A stretch of DNA of 64,000 bases from Candidatus Omnitrophota bacterium (GCA_013287965.1 JABDCU010000006.1:2216-66215); one strand, 5' to 3'; positions 16,980 to 27,366 are shown, numbered from the stretch's first letter. The notes: generated from the letters alone by a model not told the origin. Numbers and translations: made by a program.

Positions 16980-19334
16980 ATGCTAAAAAATAAAATTTTG
17001 TTGGTCACTTTTTTTGTCCTCTGCATGGTTTTATCAGGAACAAAAATTATTTTCGCCCAAGCAGTTACGGATAATTCCAAACAAACCGAAGTCTCCAGCG
17101 CCTTGAATGAAGTTAAGATCGTCAAAGCCATTGATATTCAGGGTAATAAGTCCATCGGCGTCGCCCAGGTCTTGGCCAGGATCAAGACCCGTGTTGGAGA
17201 AGAGTATCAGGACGCGGTGGTGAGTGATGACCTAAAGCGCCTGTACAATACCGGGCATTTTTCTGATGTGCAAATTGACCATGAAGACCTGGATGGCGGC
17301 TATAAGGTGATCGTGCGGCTGAAGGAAAAGCCGATCGTGGATGAAATAACTTTTTCCAAGATCCGTTATTATAATACGCATTATTTGTTAAGTAAGATGA
17401 AAACAAAGAAAGACAAGTTCCTTGATAATAAGACCCTTAAGGACGACATTAATACCATCGAAGACCTGTATAAGAAAAAAGGGTTGACCCAGGCGAAGGT
17501 GGATGTGGAAAGTTTCATTGACGATACCACCAGCAAAGCCAGCCTGCATTTTATTATCCGTGAAGGCTTCAGGGTCAGGATCAAGCGGATCAATGTCTAC
17601 GGCAATGTGGCTTATCCGGACAGGAAGATCATCAAGGTCATGAAATCCCGCTGGAAATGGCTTTTTAGTTCAGGCCTTTTAAAAGAAGATGTTTTAGAAA
17701 CAGACATGACGGCGATCCAGTCTTTTTATGAACAAAATGGTTTTCTTGACTCTAAGGCCACTTATCAGATAGAGCCCTTGTACCAGGGATTGGTCAATGT
17801 GAATGTCACCATCCAGGAGGGCAAGCGTTATTACGTCGGAGATGTCAGCTTTTTGGGCAATTCCATCCTTTCGGATTATGATATCAAAAGCAAACTCAAG
17901 AATTTGATAGAGGGCAATGTCTTCAGCCATGAAAAGATGGAAGAAGATGTCGGCAATGTCCGTGAGGCTTATTTTGACCGCGGTTATATTTCCGCCCTTG
18001 TTGAAGAATCAACGTCATTTAATGCCGCGACCGCCAGGGTGGACGTTAAGGTCACTATTAAGGAAGGTAAACTGGCGTATATCAACAAGATCAAGATACA
18101 AGGCAATGCCCATACACGTGACATTGTCATCCGCCGTGAGTTAAAGATGTATCCCGGCGATCAATTTGACGGTGCCAAATTACGCGTTTCCAAACAGCAC
18201 TTGAAAGACCTGGGTTATTTTGAAGATGTTGGTTACGATATTGAAGACACTGACCAGGAAGAACTTAAGGACTTAGTCGTGCAGGTCAAAGAAGCCAAGA
18301 CAGGGTCTTTTTCCTTTGGCGGCGGTTACAGCACGGTGGACAAATTAGTGGGTTTCGTGGAAGTCGAGCAGAAGAATTTCGACATCTCCAATTGGTCTTC
18401 ATTTACCGGCGGCGGCCAGGACCTGCGCCTGCGTGCCCAGATCGGTTCCAGCCAGCGGAATTTCCTGTTGAGTTTCACGGAACCATGGCTTTTTGACCAT
18501 CCGATTTCCGCTGGTTTTGACGGCTATTATACGGAGAACCTCAAGGATGGGTCCACCGGGTTTTCCTATGACCAAAAAACAGCCGGCGGGGACATACGCC
18601 TGGGCAAAAGCTTCAATGATAATCTTTCCGTCGGGTCTGTTTATCGCCTGGAACATATTACGATCAGCAATTTGGACACAGATGTCTCCTCGGCTTTAGC
18701 GGAGCAGGCGGGGAGCAGTTTAGTCAGTTCCCTGGGCTTTAGTGTCACCAATGATTATCGCGACAGTAAAGTGTCTCCAACCAGGGGCTGGGCCATCACC
18801 AATAACGCGGACTTGGCCGGCGGTCCTTTAGGGGGAGACAAGAATTTCTACCGCCTTCAGACCAGCGGCGAATTTTATTATCCCATCAAATTCAATGATG
18901 TGACAACGGTCATCGAGATCAGCGGACGCACCGGCATTGTCCAGTCTTACCCGAAAACACCGGATGTCCCTATTTTTGAACGTTATTTTACCGGCGGCCA
19001 GGATTCGATCCGTGGTTATGACGAGCGTACCGTGGGTCCCCTTGATCCCAATACGAATGATGCTATCGGCGGCGATGCCTTATTATTAGGCAGTGTCGAG
19101 TATACTGTCCCCATCATTGAGATCATCAAAGGCGCTGTATTTTTCGATACAGGTAATGTGTGGGACAAGGTCAGGAATTACGGTACCGGCGGTCTTAAAT
19201 CCGGTACCGGTGTCGGCCTGCGCGTCAAGACGCCCATCGGCCCCATTAAACTGGATTATGGTATTCCTTTAAGCAGTGAACCCGGGCAAAAGAAGACCGG
19301 TAAATTTTATTTCAGTGTCAGCCGCGGGTTTTAA
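16980..19334 (+). CDS. bamA: Outer membrane protein assembly factor BamA
   Basis: Signal peptide, repeated POTRA-like units (..I.I.GN..), and a C-terminal Omp85 barrel ending F-S-V-S-R-G-F. Confidence 0.9.
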   Translation: MLKNKILLVTFFVLCMVLSGTKIIFAQAVTDNSKQTEVSSALNEVKIVKAIDIQGNKSIGVAQVLARIKTRVGEEYQDAVVSDDLKRLYNTGHFSDVQIDHEDLDGGYKVIVRLKEKPIVDEITFSKIRYYNTHYLLSKMKTKKDKFLDNKTLKDDINTIEDLYKKKGLTQAKVDVESFIDDTTSKASLHFIIREGFRVRIKRINVYGNVAYPDRKIIKVMKSRWKWLFSSGLLKEDVLETDMTAIQSFYEQNGFLDSKATYQIEPLYQGLVNVNVTIQEGKRYYVGDVSFLGNSILSDYDIKSKLKNLIEGNVFSHEKMEEDVGNVREAYFDRGYISALVEESTSFNAATARVDVKVTIKEGKLAYINKIKIQGNAHTRDIVIRRELKMYPGDQFDGAKLRVSKQHLKDLGYFEDVGYDIEDTDQEELKDLVVQVKEAKTGSFSFGGGYSTVDKLVGFVEVEQKNFDISNWSSFTGGGQDLRLRAQIGSSQRNFLLSFTEPWLFDHPISAGFDGYYTENLKDGSTGFSYDQKTAGGDIRLGKSFNDNLSVGSVYRLEHITISNLDTDVSSALAEQAGSSLVSSLGFSVTNDYRDSKVSPTRGWAITNNADLAGGPLGGDKNFYRLQTSGEFYYPIKFNDVTTVIEISGRTGIVQSYPKTPDVPIFERYFTGGQDSIRGYDERTVGPLDPNTNDAIGGDALLLGSVEYTVPIIEIIKGAVFFDTGNVWDKVRNYGTGGLKSGTGVGLRVKTPIGPIKLDYGIPLSSEPGQKKTGKFYFSVSRGF

Positions 19335-19366
19335 CATCCTTTAATAGTATAAACAGGAGGATCATT

Positions 19367-19873
19367 ATGAAAGCGTTAAAAGTGTTGGGTTTAGCGGTAA
19401 TGTTTGGATCAATGGCAACGGGGGCCGCTTTGGCCGGGGACCTGAAAATCGCCTATGTGGACCTAAGCAAGGTCTTTGATGGTTATCAAAAAACAAAAGA
19501 ATTCGATGCTGTTTTGCAAAGCGAGGGCCAGGCGTTCCAGAAAGAGCGTGATGTGATGATCCAGAAGATCCAGGATGCCCAGAGCAAGCTGGATTTGATG
19601 AAAGATACAGAGAAAGCGGCCCTGCAGGAGGACATTGCCAAACAAAAAGATGAGGTCGTGGCCTATGACAAGGACAAGCGCACGGAATTGTCCAAGAAAC
19701 GTGATGATAAAGTGCGTGAGATATTGGCCGAGATCCAGGTTGTTGTCAGTGACCTGGCTAAAAAAGACGGCTACACCTATGTTTTAAACGACCGTGTCAT
19801 GATCTACGGTGACCCGCAATTCAATGTCACTGATGAAGTGTTGAAGACCTTAAATGACAGTTACAAGAAGTAA
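19367..19873 (+). CDS. skp: OmpH/Skp family periplasmic chaperone
   Basis: Signal peptide, KIAYVDLSKVF, coiled-coil body. Canonical position between bamA and lpxD. Confidence 0.8.
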   Translation: MKALKVLGLAVMFGSMATGAALAGDLKIAYVDLSKVFDGYQKTKEFDAVLQSEGQAFQKERDVMIQKIQDAQSKLDLMKDTEKAALQEDIAKQKDEVVAYDKDKRTELSKKRDDKVREILAEIQVVVSDLAKKDGYTYVLNDRVMIYGDPQFNVTDEVLKTLNDSYKK

Positions 19874-19883
19874 TTTATCCCTC

Positions 19884-20912
19884 ATGCAGATCAGCGCGGC
19901 TGATATTGCCCGGTTGGTCAAGGGAGAATTGATCGGTGAGGGCCAGGTATTAATCAGTGGTTTTTCAGGGATCAAAGAAGCCAAAAAAAATGAACTGACG
20001 TTTTTGGGCAATCCCAAATATGAGCCGTTGCTCCTTGACACCCAGGCGGGTGTCACCCTTGTTCCCCGGCAGATCACTTGTCCGGGGAAAACTCTTATTA
20101 GGGTGGATAATCCTTCTTTGAGTTTCACCCAGGTGGTCAATTATTTATTAAAGGACGCGCCTGATTATAAACCTCGCGGCATTCATCCAACCGCTGTTAT
20201 TGCCACGGGTGCCAAGCTTGGGCCCAATGTGGCTGTCGGCGCTCATACGGTCATTGAAGACGGAGCAATGGTCGCGGAAGGCTGTGTCATCTATGCCGGG
20301 TGTTATGTGGGGCATGAGACGCATTTGGGAAAAAATTGCCTGATCTATCCCCAGGTGGTTTTGCGTGAAAAGGTTTCTTTGGGGGAGCGTGTGATCATCC
20401 ACAGCGGTACGGTGATCGGCAGTGACGGGTTTGGTTATGTAACGGTTGACGGCAAGCACATGAAGATCCCGCAGGTGGGCACGGTGCTTATTGAAAATGA
20501 CGTTGAGATCGGGGCCAATGTCACCATTGACCGCGCGCGTTTCGATCGTACGATCATCGGTGAGGGGACAAAGATCGATAATTTGGTGCAGATCGCGCAT
20601 AACGTCATCATCGGCAAGCATTGTCTGGTGGTGGCCCAATCGGGTATTGCCGGTAGTACGAAATTAGGCGATCATGTCATTTTAGCGGCACAGACAGGAC
20701 TGGTGGGGCATATAGAGATCGGCAACGGGGCGGTCGTTGGCGCTCAATCCGGGGTGAGCCATTCCATAAAGGCTGGCGAGCAGGTTTTCGGGTACCCTGC
20801 CTATCCCATCAAGGACGCATTAAGGAACAACGCGCATATCCAGCGGCTTGACAAGTATGTGGAAACGATCAAAGATTTGAAAAAACGTATTGAAGAATTA
20901 GAGAAAAAATAG
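19884..20912 (+). CDS. lpxD: UDP-3-O-acylglucosamine N-acyltransferase
   Basis: Hexapeptide-repeat body with a GFGY..V.G...KIPQ.G core. Start taken at internal ATG 19884. Confidence 0.9.
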   Translation: MQISAADIARLVKGELIGEGQVLISGFSGIKEAKKNELTFLGNPKYEPLLLDTQAGVTLVPRQITCPGKTLIRVDNPSLSFTQVVNYLLKDAPDYKPRGIHPTAVIATGAKLGPNVAVGAHTVIEDGAMVAEGCVIYAGCYVGHETHLGKNCLIYPQVVLREKVSLGERVIIHSGTVIGSDGFGYVTVDGKHMKIPQVGTVLIENDVEIGANVTIDRARFDRTIIGEGTKIDNLVQIAHNVIIGKHCLVVAQSGIAGSTKLGDHVILAAQTGLVGHIEIGNGAVVGAQSGVSHSIKAGEQVFGYPAYPIKDALRNNAHIQRLDKYVETIKDLKKRIEELEKK

Positions 20913-20913
20913 A

Positions 20914-22242
20914 ATGAAACAGAAAACGATAAAAAATCCCGTCACTCTTTCCGGTGTTGGCTTGCACAGCGGCAAGGCCGTGCGGATGACTATAAAGCCG
21001 GCAGGGGACAATGAGGGGATCTCTTTTTCACGTGTTGATCTTCCCGGTAAACCACATGTCAAGGTCATGGCTGCCAACGCGGTCATGGATGAGAAGGTCA
21101 CGCGCTGCACCGCGGTTACGGCACAAGGGGTGTGTATTTATACCATTGAGCATCTGATGGCGGCTTTAAGCGGTCTGGGTATTGATAATGCGGCCATTGA
21201 GATCGATGCCGAAGAGCTTCCCGGCATGGACGGCAGCAGCCTGGAGTTTTTAAAAGCGTTAGAGCAGGCGGGGTCCACCGAAGGGCAGGCGGATAAAAAT
21301 ATCTTTACCATTCAAGAGCCGATCATCGTTGCCAATAAAACTTCGACGATCGTGATGGTGCCTCATGACCAATTAAATGTTTCCTATACGCTGGATTACG
21401 ATCATCCTTTATTGCGTTCACAATTTTTTTCACGGCCCATTGATACGGCTTCTTTTGCTAAAGAACTGGCAGCGGCCCGTACTTTTTGCCTGGAATCTGA
21501 AGTCAATGAGATCAGGGCCCAAGGGCTGGCCCGTGGTGCTAATTATCAAAATACCCTGGTGATGTCTTCCCAAGGGCCTTTGGAGAATACCTTGCGTTTT
21601 CCTGATGAGTGCGCGCGTCACAAGGTCCTGGATATCGTCGGTGATCTATTCCTGTTAGGTTTCCCTGTTAAAGGCGCTGTCTATGCCACCAAAAGCGGGC
21701 ATGCTTTAAACCGGGCCCTGGTCAAGAAAATAGAGGCCCAGCGCCAAAAGTACACCGCTGTTTCTTATCCCTCTGTGCCGCCCGGGGCCGCGGGCAGGGT
21801 TTTTGATATCCATGAGATCATGAAGATCCTGCCTCATCGTTATCCGTTTTTGTTTGTTGACAGGGTCATTGAAATTGAGCCGGGCAAAAAGGGGATCGGC
21901 ATCAAGAATGTGACGATCAATGACGGGTTTTTCCAGGGCCATTTCCCCCAAAAGCCGGTGATGCCGGGAGTGATCATGATCGAAGCCATGGCCCAGACCG
22001 CGGGAGTTGTGGTATTGACCAGCGGCGCGCATAATGGTAAAGTAGCATTGTTCATGTCTATTTCAGATGTGAAATTCCGTAAAGTCGTTTACCCCGGAGA
22101 CCAGTTATTGATGGAAATTGAGATCATCCGCGACAGGGAACGCACCGCGCATATCAAAGGGGTGGCCCGTGTTGATGGGGAAGTGGCCATCGAAGGGGAG
22201 ATGATGTTTTCTTATACAGATGCGCATTATTTAAACAGCTAA
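20914..22242 (+). CDS. lpxC/fabZ: Bifunctional UDP-3-O-acyl-GlcNAc deacetylase / 3-hydroxyacyl-ACP dehydratase (LpxC-FabZ fusion)
   Basis: N-terminal LpxC (TLSGVGLHSG...HKVLD..GDL) fused to C-terminal FabZ (LPHRYPFLFVDRV...GHFP..PVMPGV...EAMAQ). Confidence 0.9.
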   Translation: MKQKTIKNPVTLSGVGLHSGKAVRMTIKPAGDNEGISFSRVDLPGKPHVKVMAANAVMDEKVTRCTAVTAQGVCIYTIEHLMAALSGLGIDNAAIEIDAEELPGMDGSSLEFLKALEQAGSTEGQADKNIFTIQEPIIVANKTSTIVMVPHDQLNVSYTLDYDHPLLRSQFFSRPIDTASFAKELAAARTFCLESEVNEIRAQGLARGANYQNTLVMSSQGPLENTLRFPDECARHKVLDIVGDLFLLGFPVKGAVYATKSGHALNRALVKKIEAQRQKYTAVSYPSVPPGAAGRVFDIHEIMKILPHRYPFLFVDRVIEIEPGKKGIGIKNVTINDGFFQGHFPQKPVMPGVIMIEAMAQTAGVVVLTSGAHNGKVALFMSISDVKFRKVVYPGDQLLMEIEIIRDRERTAHIKGVARVDGEVAIEGEMMFSYTDAHYLNS

Positions 22243-22245
22243 CTT

Positions 22246-23025
22246 ATGTCTAACGCCATTCATAAAACCGCCATTGTCGGTGAACACGTCAAGCTCGGGA
22301 AAAATGTGAGCATTGGGCCCTATTCGGTCATTGACGGTGCCGTGACCTTGGGGGACGATGTTGTCATCGGTGCTCATTGCATCGTTGAGGGGCATACCAC
22401 TCTTGGGAAGGGATGCCAATTGTTTACCGGGGCTGTGATCGGCTCGCTGCCGCAGGACAGGAAGCACCAAAAACAAGACAAGGTTTTTTTGAATATCGGT
22501 GCCAATAATATTTTTCGTGAATATGTGACGGTCAATCCCGGCACCATCGAAGGCGGCGGCACCACCAGCATCGGGGACAATAATTTATTCATGGCCTGCT
22601 GTCATGTGGCCCATGACTGCCACATCGGCCATGACTGTGTTTTAGCTAATTATGTGGGGCTTTCAGGGCATGTGACCATTGAAGACCGGGCAGTGATCGG
22701 CGGTTTGTCCGGTGTCCATCAGTATGCCCGCATCGGATACTTATCCATGATCGGCGGCTGTTCCAAGGTCAACCAGGATGTACCGCCGTATTCTTTGGTG
22801 GATGGTAATCCTGCCACTCTCCGGGGTTTAAATATTGTCGGATTAAAACGCGCGGTGGTCCCGTCACCCAACCAAAGGGCCTTGCACAGTGCCTTTAAGA
22901 TCCTTTTTAATTCCGGGTTAAACCGCAGTAACGCCGTGCTTCAGGTCAAAGAGCAATTAAACGGTTTGCCTGAGATCCATCGGGTCATTGAGTTTATCCA
23001 GATATCCAAACGTGGCATCTCCTAA
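22246..23025 (+). CDS. lpxA: Acyl-ACP--UDP-N-acetylglucosamine O-acyltransferase
   Basis: IHKTAIVGEHVKLGKNV hexapeptide repeats and a C-terminal GLNIVGLKR helical domain. Confidence 0.9.
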   Translation: MSNAIHKTAIVGEHVKLGKNVSIGPYSVIDGAVTLGDDVVIGAHCIVEGHTTLGKGCQLFTGAVIGSLPQDRKHQKQDKVFLNIGANNIFREYVTVNPGTIEGGGTTSIGDNNLFMACCHVAHDCHIGHDCVLANYVGLSGHVTIEDRAVIGGLSGVHQYARIGYLSMIGGCSKVNQDVPPYSLVDGNPATLRGLNIVGLKRAVVPSPNQRALHSAFKILFNSGLNRSNAVLQVKEQLNGLPEIHRVIEFIQISKRGIS

Positions 23026-23830
23026 TCCTAAAATCATAGGTCTTATCGCGGGCAACAGGCAGTTCCCTTTCCTTTTTGCCAGGGCAGCGCGTGACCAGGA
23101 CTACAAGATCATTGCGGCGGGCATTGCGGGGGACACGTCACCGCTTTTGCATTTCTCCGTCGATAAATTCCAATATTTCAAAGTAGGCGAATTAAAGAAG
23201 CTTTTCGGGTATTTCCGCGCCAACGCTGTTGCCCAGGTCATCATGGCGGGCCAGGTCAACCAGGACAATTTATTCAATCCGGCGGTCAAATTAGATGAGG
23301 AATTCCAGGCCCTTGCTGATGCCCTGCGCGACCGCAAGGCAGACACCATTTTTGCCGCGGTGGCTGATCGCTTGGGGGCTGAGGGCATGACCTTGCTGGA
23401 TTCCACCTTTTTATTAAAGAAATATTTAGCGCCCCGCGGTACCCTGACCAAACGCGGGCCCAGTGTGAGTGAATTAAAAGACATTGAATTTGGGTTGACC
23501 ATTGCCAAGCTCGTGGGCGGCATTGATATCGGGCAGACGGTGGTGGTCAAAGAAAAAGCCATTGTGGCCATTGAAGCGATGGAAGGCACAGACCAAGCCA
23601 TTACCCGCGGGGGGAAGATTGCCCGCGAGGGGGCAGTGGTGATCAAAACCTCCAAACCTGCCCAGGACAATCGCTTTGATGTGCCGGTCATCGGTCCGCG
23701 CACCATCCAAACCATGGCCCGTGTCAAGGCCGCTTGCCTGGCCATCGAGGCTGGCAAGACCCTCATCATCGACCGTGAAAAAACCGTAGCTCTCGCCAAC
23801 AAAGCCAGTATCTGTTTAGTAGCTGCTTGA
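23012..23830 (+). CDS. lpxI: UDP-2,3-diacylglucosamine diphosphatase LpxI (DUF1009 family)
   Basis: IGLIAGNRQFPF...GQTVVVKEKAIVAIEAMEGTD. Start uncertain (GTG 23012 or TTG 22988). Confidence 0.7.
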   Translation: MASPNPKIIGLIAGNRQFPFLFARAARDQDYKIIAAGIAGDTSPLLHFSVDKFQYFKVGELKKLFGYFRANAVAQVIMAGQVNQDNLFNPAVKLDEEFQALADALRDRKADTIFAAVADRLGAEGMTLLDSTFLLKKYLAPRGTLTKRGPSVSELKDIEFGLTIAKLVGGIDIGQTVVVKEKAIVAIEAMEGTDQAITRGGKIAREGAVVIKTSKPAQDNRFDVPVIGPRTIQTMARVKAACLAIEAGKTLIIDREKTVALANKASICLVAA

Positions 23831-23847
23831 AATTATAGGAGGATAAA

Positions 23848-25008
23848 ATGCTTCATGTGAATCGCAGGATCAAGGACATGTTGGGATCAACAACACTGGC
23901 CATTACGGCCCGCGCTAAGGAATTAGCGGTACAGGGGCATGATGTGGTCAATTTTGCCGCCGGTGAGCCGGATTTTGACACGCCGGATTTTATCAAGAAA
24001 GCCGGCATCAAGGCCATTGAAAACGGAGCGACCAAATACACGCCTTCCATCGGGACACAGGAGCTGCGCGAGGCCATTGCCGCTAAATTCCAAAAAGATA
24101 ACGGCCTTGTTTATAAACCCAGCCAGATCGTTGTTTCCTGCGGGGCCAAGCATTCATTATTCAATATCATCCAGGTTTTAGTTGATGATGGGGATGAGGT
24201 CATTTTTCAATCGCCTTATTGGGTGAGCTATCCTGAAATGGTCAAGGCCGCGGGCGGCAAGTCTGTCGTCATCCCCACGGATGCTGCCAGCGGGTTTAAG
24301 ATCACGCCGGATTCATTAAAAAAACATATTACGCCCAAGACTAAGATATTGATCATCAATTCTCCGTCTAACCCAACAGGGGTCATGTACCATAAAGAAG
24401 AGCTGGCCAAGATCGCTGAGATCTGTGTCGCGCACAAGATTTATGTGATTAGTGATGAAATCTACGAGAAGTTGATTTATGATACTAACGAATTCACCTC
24501 GATAGCTTCATTGGGTCGGGAGATCTTTGACTTGACCTTGACGGTCAACGGTGTGTCTAAGGCGTACGCCATGACCGGTTGGCGTATCGGCTACGCGGCA
24601 GGGGCCCTCGAGATCATGGAGTATATTAAGAAATACCAGGACCACTCGACCTCCAACCCAACATCCATCAGCCAGGCCGCGGCCGTGGAGGCCCTGAAAG
24701 CTTCTCCAGAGTCCATTGATCAAATGTGCCAGGTGTTTAAAAAGCGCCGTGACCTGATGCTGCAGTGTTTAGACCGTGTGGGAAAGCTTTCTTATATCCG
24801 TCCGGAAGGCGCTTTTTACGTTTTTTGTGATTTTTCGAAAGTAGGGGACGCGACGATGATCGCCAAGCAGATCCTGGATGAAGTCAAGGTGGCCGGGATC
24901 CCGGGTGACGGTTTTGGAGCTCCCAATTATATAAGGTTTAGTTTTGCCACGTCGGAGGCGCGCATCCAGGAAGGTATTTCGAGAGTGGCCAAGTGGATCG
25001 CTAAATAA
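23848..25008 (+). CDS. Class I/II pyridoxal-phosphate aminotransferase (aspartate aminotransferase-like)
   Basis: NSPSNPTG and SKAYAMTGWRIGY (PLP-lysine) motifs. aggagg RBS. Confidence 0.85.
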   Translation: MLHVNRRIKDMLGSTTLAITARAKELAVQGHDVVNFAAGEPDFDTPDFIKKAGIKAIENGATKYTPSIGTQELREAIAAKFQKDNGLVYKPSQIVVSCGAKHSLFNIIQVLVDDGDEVIFQSPYWVSYPEMVKAAGGKSVVIPTDAASGFKITPDSLKKHITPKTKILIINSPSNPTGVMYHKEELAKIAEICVAHKIYVISDEIYEKLIYDTNEFTSIASLGREIFDLTLTVNGVSKAYAMTGWRIGYAAGALEIMEYIKKYQDHSTSNPTSISQAAAVEALKASPESIDQMCQVFKKRRDLMLQCLDRVGKLSYIRPEGAFYVFCDFSKVGDATMIAKQILDEVKVAGIPGDGFGAPNYIRFSFATSEARIQEGISRVAKWIAK

Positions 25009-26078
25009 TGGAAAAGATCTCTCTTTTACGGGAACTTCTTTTATTAACTATCCAGGAAAATGCTTCTGACCTGCATTTGACTGAAAATAGTCCTCCGATC
25101 TTTCGTATTGACGGCCGTCTGGTCCCGCTTAAGGCCGAGGCCCTTGTCCGTGACCAGATCCAGGACATGATCTACAGCGTCCTTTCGGACACTCAGAAAA
25201 CCAAATTCGAAGAAGAAAAGGAATTGGATTTTTCCCTGGCCTTGACCGGCATGGACCGTTTCCGTGTCAATGTGCATATCCAGCGCGGCTCTGTCGAGGC
25301 TGCTTTCCGTCGTATTTCCTTATATATCCCTTCCATGGAAGAACTGCAATTGCCGCCGGTGATCGCGGATCTGGCGCGCAAGCAAAGCGGTTTGGTCCTG
25401 ATCACCGGTCCCACGGGGACGGGGAAGACCACGACATTGGCCGCGATCATTAATTTAATTAACTCCGAGCGTACCTGTGTGATCACGTGCATTGAAGATC
25501 CCATTGAGTACATTTTTACGAATAAAAAATCAGTGATCAAGCAGCGTGAGGTTTATCGCGATACCAAGTCCTTCGCGGAAGCGCTTAAGCGCTGCCTGCG
25601 CCAGGACCCGGACGTGATCGTGGTGGGAGAAATGCGTGACCTGGAGACGATCTCAACGGCCCTGACAGCGGCGGAAACAGGGCATTTGGTCTTGGCCACC
25701 CTGCACACCCCTGACGCTCCGCAAACCATTGAACGTATCATTGATGTTTTTCCGCCCTACCAACAGCAGCAGGTCCGGCTGCAGCTCTCGTCGGTTTTAG
25801 AGGGCGTTGTTTCCCAAAAATTGGCGCCCAGGGCCTCCGGCAAGGGACGCATCATGGTGCCTGAGATCATGCTGGCCACGGCCGGTGTCCGCAATATGAT
25901 CCGCGAGAGGGCGGTGGAACAGCTACGCACGGCCATGCAAACCGGCGGTCAATTCGGGATGCGTACCTTTGACAAATCCCTTAAAGAACTTTATGAAAAA
26001 GGTATCATTACTTATCAAACGGCCATGAACATGGCGACGAATGTCAACGAATTAAAGACTTTAATGCCGAAAAAATGA
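25008..26078 (+). CDS. pilT: Type IV pilus retraction ATPase PilT
   Basis: ASDLHL, Walker A GPTGTGKTTT, GEMRDLET, TGHLV..TLHT. Confidence 0.85.
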   Translation: MEKISLLRELLLLTIQENASDLHLTENSPPIFRIDGRLVPLKAEALVRDQIQDMIYSVLSDTQKTKFEEEKELDFSLALTGMDRFRVNVHIQRGSVEAAFRRISLYIPSMEELQLPPVIADLARKQSGLVLITGPTGTGKTTTLAAIINLINSERTCVITCIEDPIEYIFTNKKSVIKQREVYRDTKSFAEALKRCLRQDPDVIVVGEMRDLETISTALTAAETGHLVLATLHTPDAPQTIERIIDVFPPYQQQQVRLQLSSVLEGVVSQKLAPRASGKGRIMVPEIMLATAGVRNMIRERAVEQLRTAMQTGGQFGMRTFDKSLKELYEKGIITYQTAMNMATNVNELKTLMPKK

Positions 26079-26101
26079 CCCCCAGCGGGTAAGGAGCTAA
26101 A

Positions 26102-27181
26102 ATGAGCCATACAGTAACGTTATTGCCAGGGGACGGTATCGGTCCGGAAGTGACCAATGCCATGAAGCTCTGCGTGGATGCCACGGGTGTGAAGATCAAT
26201 TGGGACGTGCAGGAGGTGGGCGAGAAGTCCATGCAAAAACACGGCAAGCCCTTGACGGATGAAGTGCTGGATTCCATCCGCCGCAACAAGACAGCCATCA
26301 AAGGCCCTATCACGACGCCCATCGGTAAAGGTTTTCGTTCGGTCAATGTCCAATTACGCCAGTCGCTCGATCTGTTCGCGTGCGTGCGTCCTTGCCTTTA
26401 TTATGAAGGTGTTAAGACCCCTATTAAGAACGTGAATTTAATGATCTTCCGTGAAAATACGGAAGATTTATATGCCGGCATTGAGTTTGATCTTGGCACG
26501 CCTGAGTGTGACCGCCTGCGTACCTTGATCAATGAGATGTCAGTTAAGAAGGTCAAGCAGGACGCGGCTATTTCCATCAAGCCGATCTCAGTGAGCGGCT
26601 CTAAGCGTATCGTTAAATTTGCTTTTGACTGGGCGGTAAAACTTGGGCGTAAAAAGATGACCGCGGTGCATAAGGCCAATATCATGAAATTTACCGACGG
26701 ATTATTTTTGCAAGCTGCCCGTGAAGTGGCCAAGGAATATGAGGGGAAGATCGAATTCGGTGACTGCATCGTGGATAATATGTGCATGCAATTGATCCAG
26801 TACACCTCTCTTTATGATTGCCTGGTGCTGCCTAATCTTTACGGGGACATTGTTTCAGATCTGTGCGCCGGGATTGTCGGCGGTTTGGGAGTGGCTCCGG
26901 GGGCCAATTATGGCGATGAGATCGCCTTATTTGAACCGGTGCATGGCTCCGCGCCTAAATATGCCGGCCAGAACAAGGTCAATCCCACCGCGACCATTCT
27001 TTCCGCTGTATGGATGCTGCGCCATCTTAAAGAAAATGCCGCGGCTGATCGTTTGGATAATGCTGTCCGGACCATTTTAAAAGAAGGCAAGGACGTGACG
27101 TACGATCTGAAGAGTGATCGTAATGATCCTACGACTGTCGGGACCATGCAAATGGCTGAAGCAATTTGTAAGAAATTATAG
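26102..27181 (+). CDS. icd: Isocitrate/isopropylmalate dehydrogenase family; best guess NAD-dependent isocitrate dehydrogenase
   Basis: TLLPGDGIGPEV, IKGPITTPIGKGFRSVNVQLRQSLDLFACVRP, NLYGDIVSD. Confidence 0.7.
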   Translation: MSHTVTLLPGDGIGPEVTNAMKLCVDATGVKINWDVQEVGEKSMQKHGKPLTDEVLDSIRRNKTAIKGPITTPIGKGFRSVNVQLRQSLDLFACVRPCLYYEGVKTPIKNVNLMIFRENTEDLYAGIEFDLGTPECDRLRTLINEMSVKKVKQDAAISIKPISVSGSKRIVKFAFDWAVKLGRKKMTAVHKANIMKFTDGLFLQAAREVAKEYEGKIEFGDCIVDNMCMQLIQYTSLYDCLVLPNLYGDIVSDLCAGIVGGLGVAPGANYGDEIALFEPVHGSAPKYAGQNKVNPTATILSAVWMLRHLKENAAADRLDNAVRTILKEGKDVTYDLKSDRNDPTTVGTMQMAEAICKKL

Positions 27182-27193
27182 TTTTCCTTCCGT

Positions 27194-27360
27194 CAGCTTA
27201 AACGGTGTTGTTCCCGAAACGGGATATTTTGGCCGTCCGCTACGGTTTACAATAAATCTGTTTTATAGAAGCACTGGTATATGAACAGATTTATTGTAAA
27301 GCCTTGCGGACATTTGCCCAAAAATCCCTGAATGTTTCGTCCACAACACCATTTAAGCTG
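27194..27360. repeat. 167-nt near-perfect foldback (long imperfect inverted repeat) in the icd-lipB spacer
   Basis: Arms pair as follows: 27194-27211 with 27343-27360 (17/18); cgaaac 27215-20 with gtttcg 27334-39; gggat(a)ttttgg 27221-32 with 27317-28; gtccgc 27235-40 with gcggac 27306-11; 27244-27262 with 27284-27303 (19 bp, 1 bulge). Apical loop 27263-27283. Confidence 0.8.
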
Positions 27361-27366
27361 CTCGCT

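Noticed and set aside
20914-22242. LpxC-FabZ fusion considered as a novelty.
   Set aside because: Bifunctional LpxC/FabZ proteins are already known from several diderm phyla. It is reported as a feature only.
27194-27360. Foldback considered as a rho-independent terminator for icd, or as 6S RNA.
   Set aside because: It is far longer than an intrinsic terminator and lacks a U-tract. The 6S call is rejected as the primary one because the rod is almost fully paired, with no large central bubble. It is kept as an open finding instead.
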